DNA of 64,000 nt from Candidatus Entotheonellaceae bacterium (GTDB lineage: Bacteria; Tectomicrobia; Entotheonellia; Entotheonellales; Entotheonellaceae). Position 1 is the first letter of the stretch. Every line of letters begins with the position of its first letter. Made by a program: the position numbers and the translations under genes. The DNA lies in the NCBI GenBank assembly GCA_965238075.1, contig OZ250173.1, positions 2,368,001 to 2,432,000 of the forward strand, in the 5' to 3' direction. Below the pieces are notes generated by a model. That model saw only the letters and a program-made list of their open reading frames with translations, did not search any database and had not been told where the DNA came from. Positions 1 through 8,773 of the stretch are shown here, piece after piece.

Positions 1-475
1 GGCGCTGATCAAGCAGATGTGGCGGGAGATCGGCGTGGAGACCGAGTTGAAGAACATCAACGCCTCGGTGTTCTTCGGCGGCGACCCGTCGAGCCCGGAC
101 ACCTACCAGAAGTTCTACGCCGACATCCAGATGTACGCCAGCAGCTTCGACGGCACCGACCCCCAGAACTACTTGCAGGGCTGGATCTGCGATGAAATTC
201 CGGGCCCCGAGAACCAGTGGCTCGGCCAGAACATCCCGCGCTACTGCGACGCGGCGTACGACGAGCTGGCGAGGTCGCTTTCCAAAACTGCGGGAATCGA
301 GGAGCGCGCCGCCATGGCCCGAGCGATGAACGACAGGCTGGTTGGCTACGGCGCCTTGATCCCGCTGGTCCATCGCGGCGAGGTGGCCGCCAGGACGTTG
401 TCGCTCGGCGGCGTCCGGCACAACGCCTGGGACGCTACCGTGTGGAACATCCAGGAGTGGCACCGCCGGAAATGA
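1..475 (+). CDS. Peptide/nickel ABC transporter substrate-binding protein (family 5), C-terminal part, truncated by window start
   Basis: Frame is open from the window edge (ALIKQMWREIGVETELKN); typical family 5 C-terminus (GQNIPRYCDAAYD, WNIQEW); directly upstream of two permeases. Confidence 0.9.
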   Translation, partial: ALIKQMWREIGVETELKNINASVFFGGDPSSPDTYQKFYADIQMYASSFDGTDPQNYLQGWICDEIPGPENQWLGQNIPRYCDAAYDELARSLSKTAGIEERAAMARAMNDRLVGYGALIPLVHRGEVAARTLSLGGVRHNAWDATVWNIQEWHRRK

Positions 476-517
476 CGCGGTCTGTCCCCCTGTCCATCGA
501 GCGCGCGAGGCAAGTCC

Positions 518-1531
518 ATGCTGAGATATGCGGCCCGGCGTCTGTTGTTCTCGATCCCAACGCTGCTGGTGATCAGTTTCATCGTGTTCGCCCTGCTGGA
601 CCTGGCGCCGAACGACCCGACCGCCCAGCTTCCGCTGACGATTCCCCCGGAGACCCGCCAGACCATCCGCGAGAGCCTTGGGCTCGGACAGCCGTTCCAC
701 GTCCGCTATTTCCGGTGGCTGACACAATTCATGGTCAATGAGCCGCTCAACCTGGCCGAGCGCATGTGGGGGGTCGAGATCGGCAATTCCGCGGGGCGCC
801 TGCGCGTGCGTTCCTGGTCGACCCGCGCGCCGGTCGTGGACCTGATCGCGGCCCGGCTGCCGCAGACCCTGACCGTCGTCGGCGTGTCCTACCTCGTTGC
901 GGTCCTCATCGCGGTGCCCGTCGGCGTCTTCTCCGCCTACCGGCAGTACTCCGTCTTTGACCACATCGGCACCTTCGTCACCACGGTGGGCTTCTCGGTG
1001 CCGACCTTCTTCACGGGGACGGTCCTCATCGTGGTGTTCAGCGCCACGCTCGGCTGGCTGCCGTCGATCTACGACACGACCCACCGGGTAACGGATTTCG
1101 ACAGCTTCGTTTACCAAGTCAGGCAGATGGCCATGCCGGTGATGGTGCTCGGCCTGTTCAACGCGGCGCAACTCAGCCGCTTCACGCGCTCCGCGGTCCT
1201 CGACAACCTCAACCAGGAATACGTCCGCACCGCCCGCGCCAAGGGGCTGACGGAACCCGTCGTTGTCCTCGTCCACGTGCTGCGAAACAGCATGATCCCG
1301 GTCGTCACCGTCATTGCGCTGGGATTGCCGTCGACCTTCGCGGGAGCCATCATCACCGAGCAGATATTCCGTATCAACGGCGTCGGCCAGTTGCTGATCG
1401 GTGCCATCGAGAGCGCCGACATCCCCACCGTGCAGACCGTGACGTTCATCTTCGCGGTGCTGATCGTGGTGTTCAATCTGCTGGCGGACCTTCTGTACGG
1501 GGTGCTGGATCCAAGGATTCGCTATGACTGA
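518..1531 (+). CDS. Peptide ABC transporter permease (DppB/OppB type)
   Basis: N-terminal RRLLFSIPTLL, EAA loop (QEYVRTARAKGL), C-terminal YGVLDPRIR. Confidence 0.93.
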   Translation: MLRYAARRLLFSIPTLLVISFIVFALLDLAPNDPTAQLPLTIPPETRQTIRESLGLGQPFHVRYFRWLTQFMVNEPLNLAERMWGVEIGNSAGRLRVRSWSTRAPVVDLIAARLPQTLTVVGVSYLVAVLIAVPVGVFSAYRQYSVFDHIGTFVTTVGFSVPTFFTGTVLIVVFSATLGWLPSIYDTTHRVTDFDSFVYQVRQMAMPVMVLGLFNAAQLSRFTRSAVLDNLNQEYVRTARAKGLTEPVVVLVHVLRNSMIPVVTVIALGLPSTFAGAIITEQIFRINGVGQLLIGAIESADIPTVQTVTFIFAVLIVVFNLLADLLYGVLDPRIRYD

Positions 1532-2432
1532 CGCCGTTCCGGCCCTCGGCCCGCGGCACCGCTCGCTGGCGCGGGACGTCTGGCAGCAATTCTGGCGCCA
1601 TAAAGGTGCGCTGGTCGGTGCGGCGGTCTTCACCCTGATCGCGGCTGCAGTGCTGCTCGGGTCCGTCATCCACGGCGTCGATCCGCAATATCTCGACTAC
1701 AAGGCCAAGAGCCAGGGCATGTCGCTCGCCCACCCGATGGGCACGGATAACCTTGGCCGCGACACGTTCGCTCGGATGCTGGCCGGCGGGCGGCTTTCGC
1801 TCGCCGTGGGCATCGCCGCCATGGTTCTTTCGCTGACCCTCGGAACCTGCGTCGGCGTCCTGGCCGGCTTCTTCCAGAGGCTCGACGGTCCGCTGATGCG
1901 GCTGACCGATCTTTTCCTGGCATTACCGGTTCTGCCGCTGCTGCTGGTCAGCATCATGCTGTTCCGGGACCCGCTGCGGTCCGTTCTGGGACCGGAGGTC
2001 GGCATCTTCGTCCTGATCATCGCCGTCATCGGCATTACGAGCTGGATGCAAACCGCCCGCATCGTGCGCGGCGAAGTGCTGGCGGTCAAACAGCGGGAGT
2101 TTGTGCTCGCCGCCCGTAGCATCGGCACGCGGCCGCACCGGATCATCGTGCGGCACCTTCTTCCTAACGCGCTGAGCCCGATCACGGTTTCCGCCACGCT
2201 CGGCATCGCACAAGCAATTATTACGGAGAGTGCCTTGAGCTTCCTCGGTCTCGGCTTCCCGTCCGATTTCCCGACCTGGGGCCGGCTGCTGTACGACGGC
2301 GTGCCCTTCCTCGGCCTCACGCCGGCGCGGGTGGTCTGGCCTGGCCTGGCCATCTCCCTGACCGTGCTGAGCATCAGCTACATGGGCGACGGCCTGCGCG
2401 ACGCCATGGACCCGCGCGTGCGACGACGCTGA
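1524..2432 (+). CDS. Peptide ABC transporter permease (DppC/OppC type)
   Basis: HPMGTDNLGRD, EFVLAARSIG EAA loop, GDGLRDAMDPR; overlaps the upstream permease by 8 nt. Confidence 0.93.
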   Translation: MTDAVPALGPRHRSLARDVWQQFWRHKGALVGAAVFTLIAAAVLLGSVIHGVDPQYLDYKAKSQGMSLAHPMGTDNLGRDTFARMLAGGRLSLAVGIAAMVLSLTLGTCVGVLAGFFQRLDGPLMRLTDLFLALPVLPLLLVSIMLFRDPLRSVLGPEVGIFVLIIAVIGITSWMQTARIVRGEVLAVKQREFVLAARSIGTRPHRIIVRHLLPNALSPITVSATLGIAQAIITESALSFLGLGFPSDFPTWGRLLYDGVPFLGLTPARVVWPGLAISLTVLSISYMGDGLRDAMDPRVRRR

Positions 2433-2531
2433 TCTTGCCGGGAAATTTTCATACCGTCTTTTCTGTTACCGCACGGTATGGTAGATTTCTCCATTACACG
2501 AGAGATAGTCGCAATAACGTCATGTCCTCGT

Positions 2532-2566
2532 TGCCCCCACTGGTTCATATGGGGGCATTCTTTTTT
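2532..2566 (+). terminator. Intrinsic terminator hairpin
   Basis: TGCCCCCA-loop-TGGGGGCA followed by TTCTTTTTT. Confidence 0.75.
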
Positions 2567-2614
2567 GGCATCATCATTGTGCCTCACACCTCCTTCCCCG
2601 GAAACCAGCATCCG

Positions 2615-5206
2615 ATGTCTTCACCCCTGACGCTCCTGGAGCACTCACGCCCTGCCATACCGGTTGAGGCGATGCGCACGCTGCTGATCTGCCGCGGGCC
2701 CATTGCCTTCGAGACACTGGAGGTGTATCGCCGCCGGGGCTGGTTGCTGCCCCATGCCGTGGTGTCGTCCAAGGAATGGATTGCCGATGGGCGCCGCGCC
2801 GCGCCATGGATCGCCGACTTGCCGACCGACCACGTTCACTACGCGCAGGAATACGACGACGTCGATGCCATCCTGCACGTCGCCGCGCAGCACGGTATTG
2901 ACGCCATCTATCCGGGCTACGGCTTTCTGGCGGAGAACGCCGACTTTGCCGCGCGTGTCGAAGCGGCCGGGCTGTGCTTCATCGGCCCGACGGCGGCCAC
3001 CCTGCGCGCCGTTGGCGACAAGGATGCGGCCATCGCGCTGGCCCGGCGGCTGGACATTCCCACCATCCCCGGTGACGATGCCCTGGTCGGTTTTGCGCGC
3101 TCTGCGGAGCAGGCAGCCATTGCCGCGGAGACGGTACGCCGCACGCTCGCCATGGCGGCGCAATATCCTGGGTACCCCATTCGCCTCAAGCATCCGGGCG
3201 GCGGCGGCGGCAAGGGACAGCGGGTGCTCAGTGCCGAGGAATTGGACGGCTCGCGGGCGCCCGACGTCATCCGCGAGGCGCTGGCCAAGGTGTGGTCGGA
3301 GATGGGCGTTTCGCCGTCGCAGGCCGACGCGCGCAAGGGTGTACTGATCGAGCTTGACATCCCCCGCCCGCTGCACTGGGAGGTGCAGATTTTTGGCGAC
3401 GGCGAGACTGTTGTCCACTTCGCGGCCCGCGACTGCTCGGTGCAGAATCACGGCTACCAGAAGTTCATCGAGATGGCCCTGCACCCACAGGCCATCGCTC
3501 AGGAGATACAACGCCTCGATCCCAAAGCCGACGCCGAACGCATCGGCAGCCTGTGCCGCCGCCGGCAGACTCTGGAGCGCATTTGTGCCGACGCTCAGCG
3601 CCTGGGCCAGGCGGTGCAGTTGCGGGGCGCGGCGACCGTTGAGTTTCTGGTGGATGAGCAGGGTGAGCCGTACTTCCTCGAAGTCAACCCGCGCATCCAG
3701 GTCGAGCACGCCGTCACCGAAGGCATCGCGCGCGTGCGCGGCGAGCCAATCAGCCTCGTCGAGATGCAGCAGCGCGTGGCGGCGGGGGAGCGGCTGGCGT
3801 TCGACCAGCGTGACATCACCTGCGTCGGCGACGCCATCGAGGTGCGCCTCAACGCCTGGCACGAGGACCTCAACCCGGTACTCGGCGGTGTCGTCCATGC
3901 CTTGCGCTGTAACCTGCCGCCCGAGCTCGGCGCCTACGTCCGCATCGACGCCGGCGGCTTGCAGGCGCGCCGGCAGCCGTGGGTTGTACCCAGCTACGAC
4001 GCCAATTTCGCCCTGATCATCGTTCACGGGGCCGACCGCCACGAGACCTTGGAGCGTCTTGTCAGCGTCCTGCAGGACGGCCTGGAGGTGCGCGGGGACG
4101 ACGAGTTGCAGACCAATCTCCAGCCCATTCTGGGACTCGTAACCCTGATGCGGGCCTTGCCTGCCGAGACCGCCTTCCGCACCGATACCAGCCTCCTGTG
4201 GATGGCCCTCACGGCCATCGTCGAGACCCAGAAATCGGCCGTGCTGGCGCGCGTTCCCCGCTATCCGCGCCGCCCGACGCCAAACCATCCGGCTCTCGTC
4301 GCCCGCTTGCTGGGCGCCACGTTGGAAGCCGGTTTCGCCCATCCCAGCCGCTTGCTGGCGTTTTATCTGAAGCGCCTGACGCAGCCTCACAAGCGCCCGT
4401 TGACGACCCTTGAGGTGCTCTGGCAACTTGCCGCCAAGCTGGACGTGCCGCTATTTGAGGAGGAGCGCCGGCGCGGCCTCGCCCTGCAACGGGCCATGGG
4501 CGCGCTATGGGAGGCCGTCGGGTGTTCCGGCAAGCGGCTGAGGGCCCTCGCGTGCGCCGCCGTCGCCGGGCGTCTGGAGAACGAACCGGTCTACGCGTCG
4601 CTGCTCGAACAACTCACTGCGCCGCCTTCGAATCTGTCCGATCAGGAAGCAACCGCCCTGCTCCAGGAATTGCTTGGCTGGCTGACCGCCGAGGCGCCGG
4701 CCATGACCGGCCTCATCGAAGCCCTTGAGCGCACGCAGATTCACGACTGCCTGACGCACAACGCCGATCTTTCCCTGTCTCGTCCGGTCTATCTGCGAGA
4801 CGCGGGTGCCATTGACCACCTGACGCGGCTCCTCAGCCGCAGCCTGCGGCCCGCCGTGCTGCGTCATGGCGAACTGCTTTCTCCCATGGAAGCCACCATT
4901 TACCACTACCCGGAACCTGGCGCTCCGCCGTTTGTAGAAGTCGGTGCAGAAGTCAAGGTGGGGCAGACGCTGGCTCTGCTGGAGGCGATGAAGATGTTTA
5001 CCGATCTGCCCAGCCCGGTGGACGGCGTGGTGATGGAGATTCGGGTTGAAAACGGCCAAGGGGTGAAGACGGGCACGCCGTTGTTCCGAATCGCCACCCA
5101 CGACGCCGTGGCCGAGACCTCGGACGACCATCTGCACGGGGTGCTCGAAGCGCCGTGGCGCAATCGGTTCGGCTTGCTGGTACCCGGCGAAGCGACGGAA
5201 GCGTGA
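2615..5206 (+). CDS. Biotin carboxylase fused to a C-terminal biotin carboxyl carrier domain (acyl-CoA carboxylase alpha-like subunit)
   Basis: YPGYGFLAENADF, GGGGGKG ATP loop, FLEVNPRIQVEH, C-terminal EAMKM biotinylation site; start placed at ATG 2615 because the upstream frame crosses a terminator. Confidence 0.85.
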   Translation: MSSPLTLLEHSRPAIPVEAMRTLLICRGPIAFETLEVYRRRGWLLPHAVVSSKEWIADGRRAAPWIADLPTDHVHYAQEYDDVDAILHVAAQHGIDAIYPGYGFLAENADFAARVEAAGLCFIGPTAATLRAVGDKDAAIALARRLDIPTIPGDDALVGFARSAEQAAIAAETVRRTLAMAAQYPGYPIRLKHPGGGGGKGQRVLSAEELDGSRAPDVIREALAKVWSEMGVSPSQADARKGVLIELDIPRPLHWEVQIFGDGETVVHFAARDCSVQNHGYQKFIEMALHPQAIAQEIQRLDPKADAERIGSLCRRRQTLERICADAQRLGQAVQLRGAATVEFLVDEQGEPYFLEVNPRIQVEHAVTEGIARVRGEPISLVEMQQRVAAGERLAFDQRDITCVGDAIEVRLNAWHEDLNPVLGGVVHALRCNLPPELGAYVRIDAGGLQARRQPWVVPSYDANFALIIVHGADRHETLERLVSVLQDGLEVRGDDELQTNLQPILGLVTLMRALPAETAFRTDTSLLWMALTAIVETQKSAVLARVPRYPRRPTPNHPALVARLLGATLEAGFAHPSRLLAFYLKRLTQPHKRPLTTLEVLWQLAAKLDVPLFEEERRRGLALQRAMGALWEAVGCSGKRLRALACAAVAGRLENEPVYASLLEQLTAPPSNLSDQEATALLQELLGWLTAEAPAMTGLIEALERTQIHDCLTHNADLSLSRPVYLRDAGAIDHLTRLLSRSLRPAVLRHGELLSPMEATIYHYPEPGAPPFVEVGAEVKVGQTLALLEAMKMFTDLPSPVDGVVMEIRVENGQGVKTGTPLFRIATHDAVAETSDDHLHGVLEAPWRNRFGLLVPGEATEA

Positions 5207-5215
5207 CGGGCGGCC

Positions 5216-6553
5216 TCAGTCGGACGTATCGGAAGCGATGGGGTTCATCTCGCCGTGCGACTCGGGGAGGGTGATTTCGAGGCGTTCGATGCGCAAGTGG
5301 TCCATGGCGGTGACGTGGAAGGTGACGCCATCGACACGCGCGTATTCGCCCACCGCGGGGATGTGCTCCAGGGCTGAGAGAACCAGCCCGGCGACGGTGA
5401 CGTAATCCTCATCGGGCAGATCCAGGTTGTAGCGTTCGTTGAGCTTCTCGATGGCCAGGTCGCCCGGCACGCTGAGGTGCCCCTCCGGCGTCGCCTGCAT
5501 GTTCTCGCTGGCGTCGTCGTGCTCGTCAAATATCTCCCCGACAATCTCCTCGATGAGGTCTTCGAGGGTAATCAGCCCCAAGGTTCCGCCGTATTCGTCG
5601 ACGACGATGGCCATGTGGGCGTTGCGTTGTTGCAGGGCGCGCATCAACTCGTCCACGCGCGCCGTGGGGGGGATGAAGAACGGCTTGCGCATGATGGCGT
5701 CGAGGCTGAAAGGGCCGTCGTCGTTGGGGAAGGCCAAGAGGTCCTTGGCGAGCACAATCCCGACGATGTGGTCGAGCGCGTCGTCGTAGACCGGCAGCCG
5801 CGAGTTGCCGCTGCGGCGCACGACCTCGATCACCTTTTCCAGCGGCCAGGAGCGCTCTACGGCCCAGATATCGGTTCGCGGTGTCATGGCCTGCCGCACG
5901 CTGGTGTGCGACAGGTCGAGAACGCTGGCGATCATGCGGGCGTCCGACTCCTCCACCAGACCGTGCCGGCGGCTTTCCGAAAGCAGCAGCAGCAACTCTT
6001 CGGGCGCGTGCACACGTTCCACATGGCTTGGCGGGCGCACGGAGAAGAGTCGCAGGAAGACACTGGCGCTCTGGTTCAGGAGCCAGATCGCCGGCCAGAA
6101 GGCATACGTGAATAGCGTCAACGGACGCGCGACCCAGCGGCTGATTTGCTCCGGGTGCAGCAGTGCCAGGGATTTGGGGGCGAGCTCGCCCAAGACGATG
6201 TGCAGGAAGGTGATGCAGGCGAAGGCCGTCGTCCCTGCCACTGCGTGCGACGCCAAGCTGGCGAACGGGGCGGGCAGGGCATGAAAGGCGTGCATGAACA
6301 GGGTGGCAAGGGTTGCCTCGCCGATCCAGCCCAGCGATAGGGAGGCGAGGGTGATGCCTAGCTGGGTGGCGGAAATGTAGTCGTCGAGGTGCTGCTGGGC
6401 TTTCAGGGCGCCGCGGGCCTTGCCGTCCCCGGCCTCGGCGAGGGTTTGCAGGCGGGTGGTGCGGGCTCCGACGAGGGCAAATTCCGCTGCTACGAAGAAA
6501 GCATTCAGCCCGACAAGTGCCAGAATCGCCCAGATGCGAAACAAGACGTCCAT
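5216..6553 (-). CDS. CNNM/HlyC-CorC family protein (DUF21 + CBS pair + CorC_HlyC), putative Mg2+/Co2+ efflux
   Basis: NAFFVAAEFAL, QLGITLASL, GELAPKS, MTPRT, VVDEYGG, EEIVGEIFDEHD. Confidence 0.92.
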   Translation of the reverse strand: MDVLFRIWAILALVGLNAFFVAAEFALVGARTTRLQTLAEAGDGKARGALKAQQHLDDYISATQLGITLASLSLGWIGEATLATLFMHAFHALPAPFASLASHAVAGTTAFACITFLHIVLGELAPKSLALLHPEQISRWVARPLTLFTYAFWPAIWLLNQSASVFLRLFSVRPPSHVERVHAPEELLLLLSESRRHGLVEESDARMIASVLDLSHTSVRQAMTPRTDIWAVERSWPLEKVIEVVRRSGNSRLPVYDDALDHIVGIVLAKDLLAFPNDDGPFSLDAIMRKPFFIPPTARVDELMRALQQRNAHMAIVVDEYGGTLGLITLEDLIEEIVGEIFDEHDDASENMQATPEGHLSVPGDLAIEKLNERYNLDLPDEDYVTVAGLVLSALEHIPAVGEYARVDGVTFHVTAMDHLRIERLEITLPESHGEMNPIASDTSD

Positions 6554-6638
6554 GGAGGCCCTTGTATGCAAGGGTATAAAACGAGCCCCCTACTTACCGA
6601 GGCTCGCCCTGCGCCATCGTTCCGGGCGTATTGATGCC

Positions 6639-6678
6639 ATTATAGCCGTCTTCCGGTCAGGTACAAGTGTGCTACAAT
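6639..6678. promoter_or_regulatory. Divergent sigma70-like -10 elements
   Basis: TATAAT on the minus strand (6639-6644) toward the CNNM gene; extended -10 TGCTACAAT on the plus strand (6670-6678) toward mgtE. Confidence 0.5.
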
Positions 6679-6738
6679 CAGCCACCGTAATCTTCCGCCC
6701 TTTATTTGAGTCTGTCCTGCATGCCCGGAGCCCGTTTC

Positions 6739-8121
6739 ATGGATGGAACCCCAACGGCCCAGCCGCGGGAAATGCTGCCCCATCGCGCCCTGCCGGTGGA
6801 GGCCACCCGCCGCCTGCTGCGCCGTGAGGCATATTCCAATCTGGTGCGCTTGCTGGCCAAGCTGCACGGCAGCGAGTGCGCCGAAATTCTCCATAACATG
6901 ACGCTCAGCGAGCAGAGCAAATTGCTGGAGCGCCTGCCCGATATGGCTCTTGCCACCACCATGTTCACCTACCTCGACGAAGAGACGCGCGCCGCTCTGG
7001 TGCCGCATCTCTCTACCGCTCGCCTTGTGGCCATGGTCAAGCTCCTGCCGCCGGACGACGCCACCGACATCCTCGGCGAGATGCCCCCGGAACGCTTGAC
7101 GGAAATGCTGCATCAACTGCCCGAAGCGCTGGCTGTCCAGATCGACCGGCTGATGTCGTATGACCCGCGCACGGCCGGTGGGCTCATGACCACGCAGTAT
7201 TTTTCACTGGCGGACACGTGCACGGTCTCGGAAGCCCTGCAGCAACTCCGCAGGGCGGGGCAGGCCGAGACGGTATTCTATGTCTACGTGGTGGACAGCG
7301 AGCACCGCTTGGCCGGCGTCGTGTCGTTGCGGCAACTGGTGATGGCCGACCCCGAGAGCCGGCTGCGCGACCTCATGGAAACCGAGGTGATTCGCGTCAG
7401 CCTGGACGAACCGCAGGAGGACATCGCGCGCCTGATCACCCGGTTCGATTTCCTTGCCCTGCCGGTCGTTGATGGCCAGGGCCGCATGATGGGCATTGTA
7501 ACCGTCGATGACATCATCGACGTCATTGGCGAGGAGGCGACGGAGGACATCCTGCGCCTCGCCGGTGTTCACCCGGACGAGATGCTCGACAGTTCTTCCC
7601 GACGCACCATCCGGCACCGCCTGCCGTGGTTGTTCGTGAGCTGGCTCGGCGGCCTGCTCGCCTTGTACGTCATCAACGCCTATGAAGTCACCCTGCAAAG
7701 CATGGTCGTGCTGGCGGTGTTCTTCCCCGTGATCATCGGCATGGGCGGTAACGTGGCCACGCAATCGCTGGCTGTGGCCGTGCGCGGCTTGGCCACCGGC
7801 GCCATCGATCCGAGCAGGTTTCTCCACGCCTTGTTGCGGGAAGGCCGCGTCGGGTTGTCGTTAGGGGTGATTTATGGTGTGCTGCTGGGAGCGGTGGCGT
7901 TCGTTTGGCAGGGCACCCCGATGCTGGGGTTGGTGGTGGGCTCGGCGATCTGCGCCTCGATGACGGTCGCCGCTGTGCTGGGCGGTCTGCTGCCGCTGGC
8001 TTTCGCCCGTATCGGCATTGATCCGGCCGTGGCGAGCGGGCCGTTTCTCACCACCGCCATTGATATCATCGGCTTGGTCATGTACCTGTTTGCCGCCCAG
8101 TTTTTCTTGCTTGAAGGATAA
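6739..8121 (+). CDS. mgtE: Magnesium transporter MgtE
   Basis: TAGGLMT, CBS pair, EEATEDI, RLPWL, GMGGNVATQ, DPAVASGPFLTTAID; GGAG upstream of ATG 6739. Confidence 0.95.
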   Translation: MDGTPTAQPREMLPHRALPVEATRRLLRREAYSNLVRLLAKLHGSECAEILHNMTLSEQSKLLERLPDMALATTMFTYLDEETRAALVPHLSTARLVAMVKLLPPDDATDILGEMPPERLTEMLHQLPEALAVQIDRLMSYDPRTAGGLMTTQYFSLADTCTVSEALQQLRRAGQAETVFYVYVVDSEHRLAGVVSLRQLVMADPESRLRDLMETEVIRVSLDEPQEDIARLITRFDFLALPVVDGQGRMMGIVTVDDIIDVIGEEATEDILRLAGVHPDEMLDSSSRRTIRHRLPWLFVSWLGGLLALYVINAYEVTLQSMVVLAVFFPVIIGMGGNVATQSLAVAVRGLATGAIDPSRFLHALLREGRVGLSLGVIYGVLLGAVAFVWQGTPMLGLVVGSAICASMTVAAVLGGLLPLAFARIGIDPAVASGPFLTTAIDIIGLVMYLFAAQFFLLEG

Positions 8122-8168
8122 AAAAAGCCCCGCTGGGGCGGCGGTTCGCGCCGCACGGGCAGGGCTTT
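8120..8168 (-). terminator. Intrinsic terminator between convergent genes (possibly bidirectional)
   Basis: Minus strand reads GCCCC-AGC-GGGGC-TTTTTTT; an outer AAAGCCC...GGGCTTT pairing is also present. Confidence 0.7.
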
Positions 8169-8182
8169 GTATCGTCGCAGGT

Positions 8183-8656
8183 TTAGTGAAGGGCGCGCGT
8201 GGCGTGCGGCCAACGTTCGGCGATGGCTTCCTGTTGCATCGTCGTCAGCCGGGTCCATTGTGCCTGCCGGGCTGCATCGGGATCAATGTCGAGGAGTCCG
8301 CACAGGACCGCAAAATCCTGTTGATGGAAGACAAACGTGGCAGCTTCCCAGAAGCTATCGTCCAGGTTGTGCTCCAGGTCGTGTTGGGCGGTACGCAGGA
8401 CGGCGCCAAGCAGTTGCGCGCAGGCATCGTAGGGAACCGCCTCGCTGGGTACCGAACGGTAGGCCGTGCAGCTCGTGCAACTCAACCCCATCCAACCTTG
8501 ATCGGCAGCGGTGCCCAGACAGGTACTGTAGTGGACGCAGCTGTACTGGGCGTGTCCAACACTGCTGGCTTCTGGCTGAGGATTCGGTGTCGGGGTGGCT
8601 TCAATGGAGCCGAGACCGACGGCGGCGGGAAACGATGACAGGGATTGTCGGTGCAT
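8183..8656 (-). CDS. Hypothetical Cys-motif protein
   Basis: AGGAG 9 nt upstream of ATG 8656; CVHYSTC...SCTSC cluster; followed by a terminator. Confidence 0.7.
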   Translation of the reverse strand: MHRQSLSSFPAAVGLGSIEATPTPNPQPEASSVGHAQYSCVHYSTCLGTAADQGWMGLSCTSCTAYRSVPSEAVPYDACAQLLGAVLRTAQHDLEHNLDDSFWEAATFVFHQQDFAVLCGLLDIDPDAARQAQWTRLTTMQQEAIAERWPHATRALH

Positions 8657-8773
8657 CCCTTGCAACTCCTTAATTTAGCAGCGTTCTATCGTCCTGCATG
8701 GCAGGAGACCACCGCTTTCATAATGTGGGTAAAGGTGTGTACAAGTAATCCATAAAGGTAACACACCATGCGG

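Noticed and set aside
2435-2614. 60-aa N-terminal extension of the 923-aa ORF
   Set aside because: It crosses a terminator and lower-GC intergenic DNA; family similarity starts after ATG 2615
2645-4426. 593-aa minus-strand ORF and similar long antisense ORFs (9940-11145, 11554-12786, 30215-31855, 36306-37568, 56256-57353)
   Set aside because: Shadow frames of GC-rich genes with clear family motifs on the opposite strand
6560-6738. M-box, yybP-ykoY or fluoride riboswitch near mgtE/CNNM
   Set aside because: Conserved core sequences not recognisable and the leaders are too short for an M-box; kept only as a generic attenuator candidate
8018-8673. Plus-strand ORFs 8018-8638 and 8167-8673
   Set aside because: The minus-strand ORF has the RBS, terminator and coherent motif
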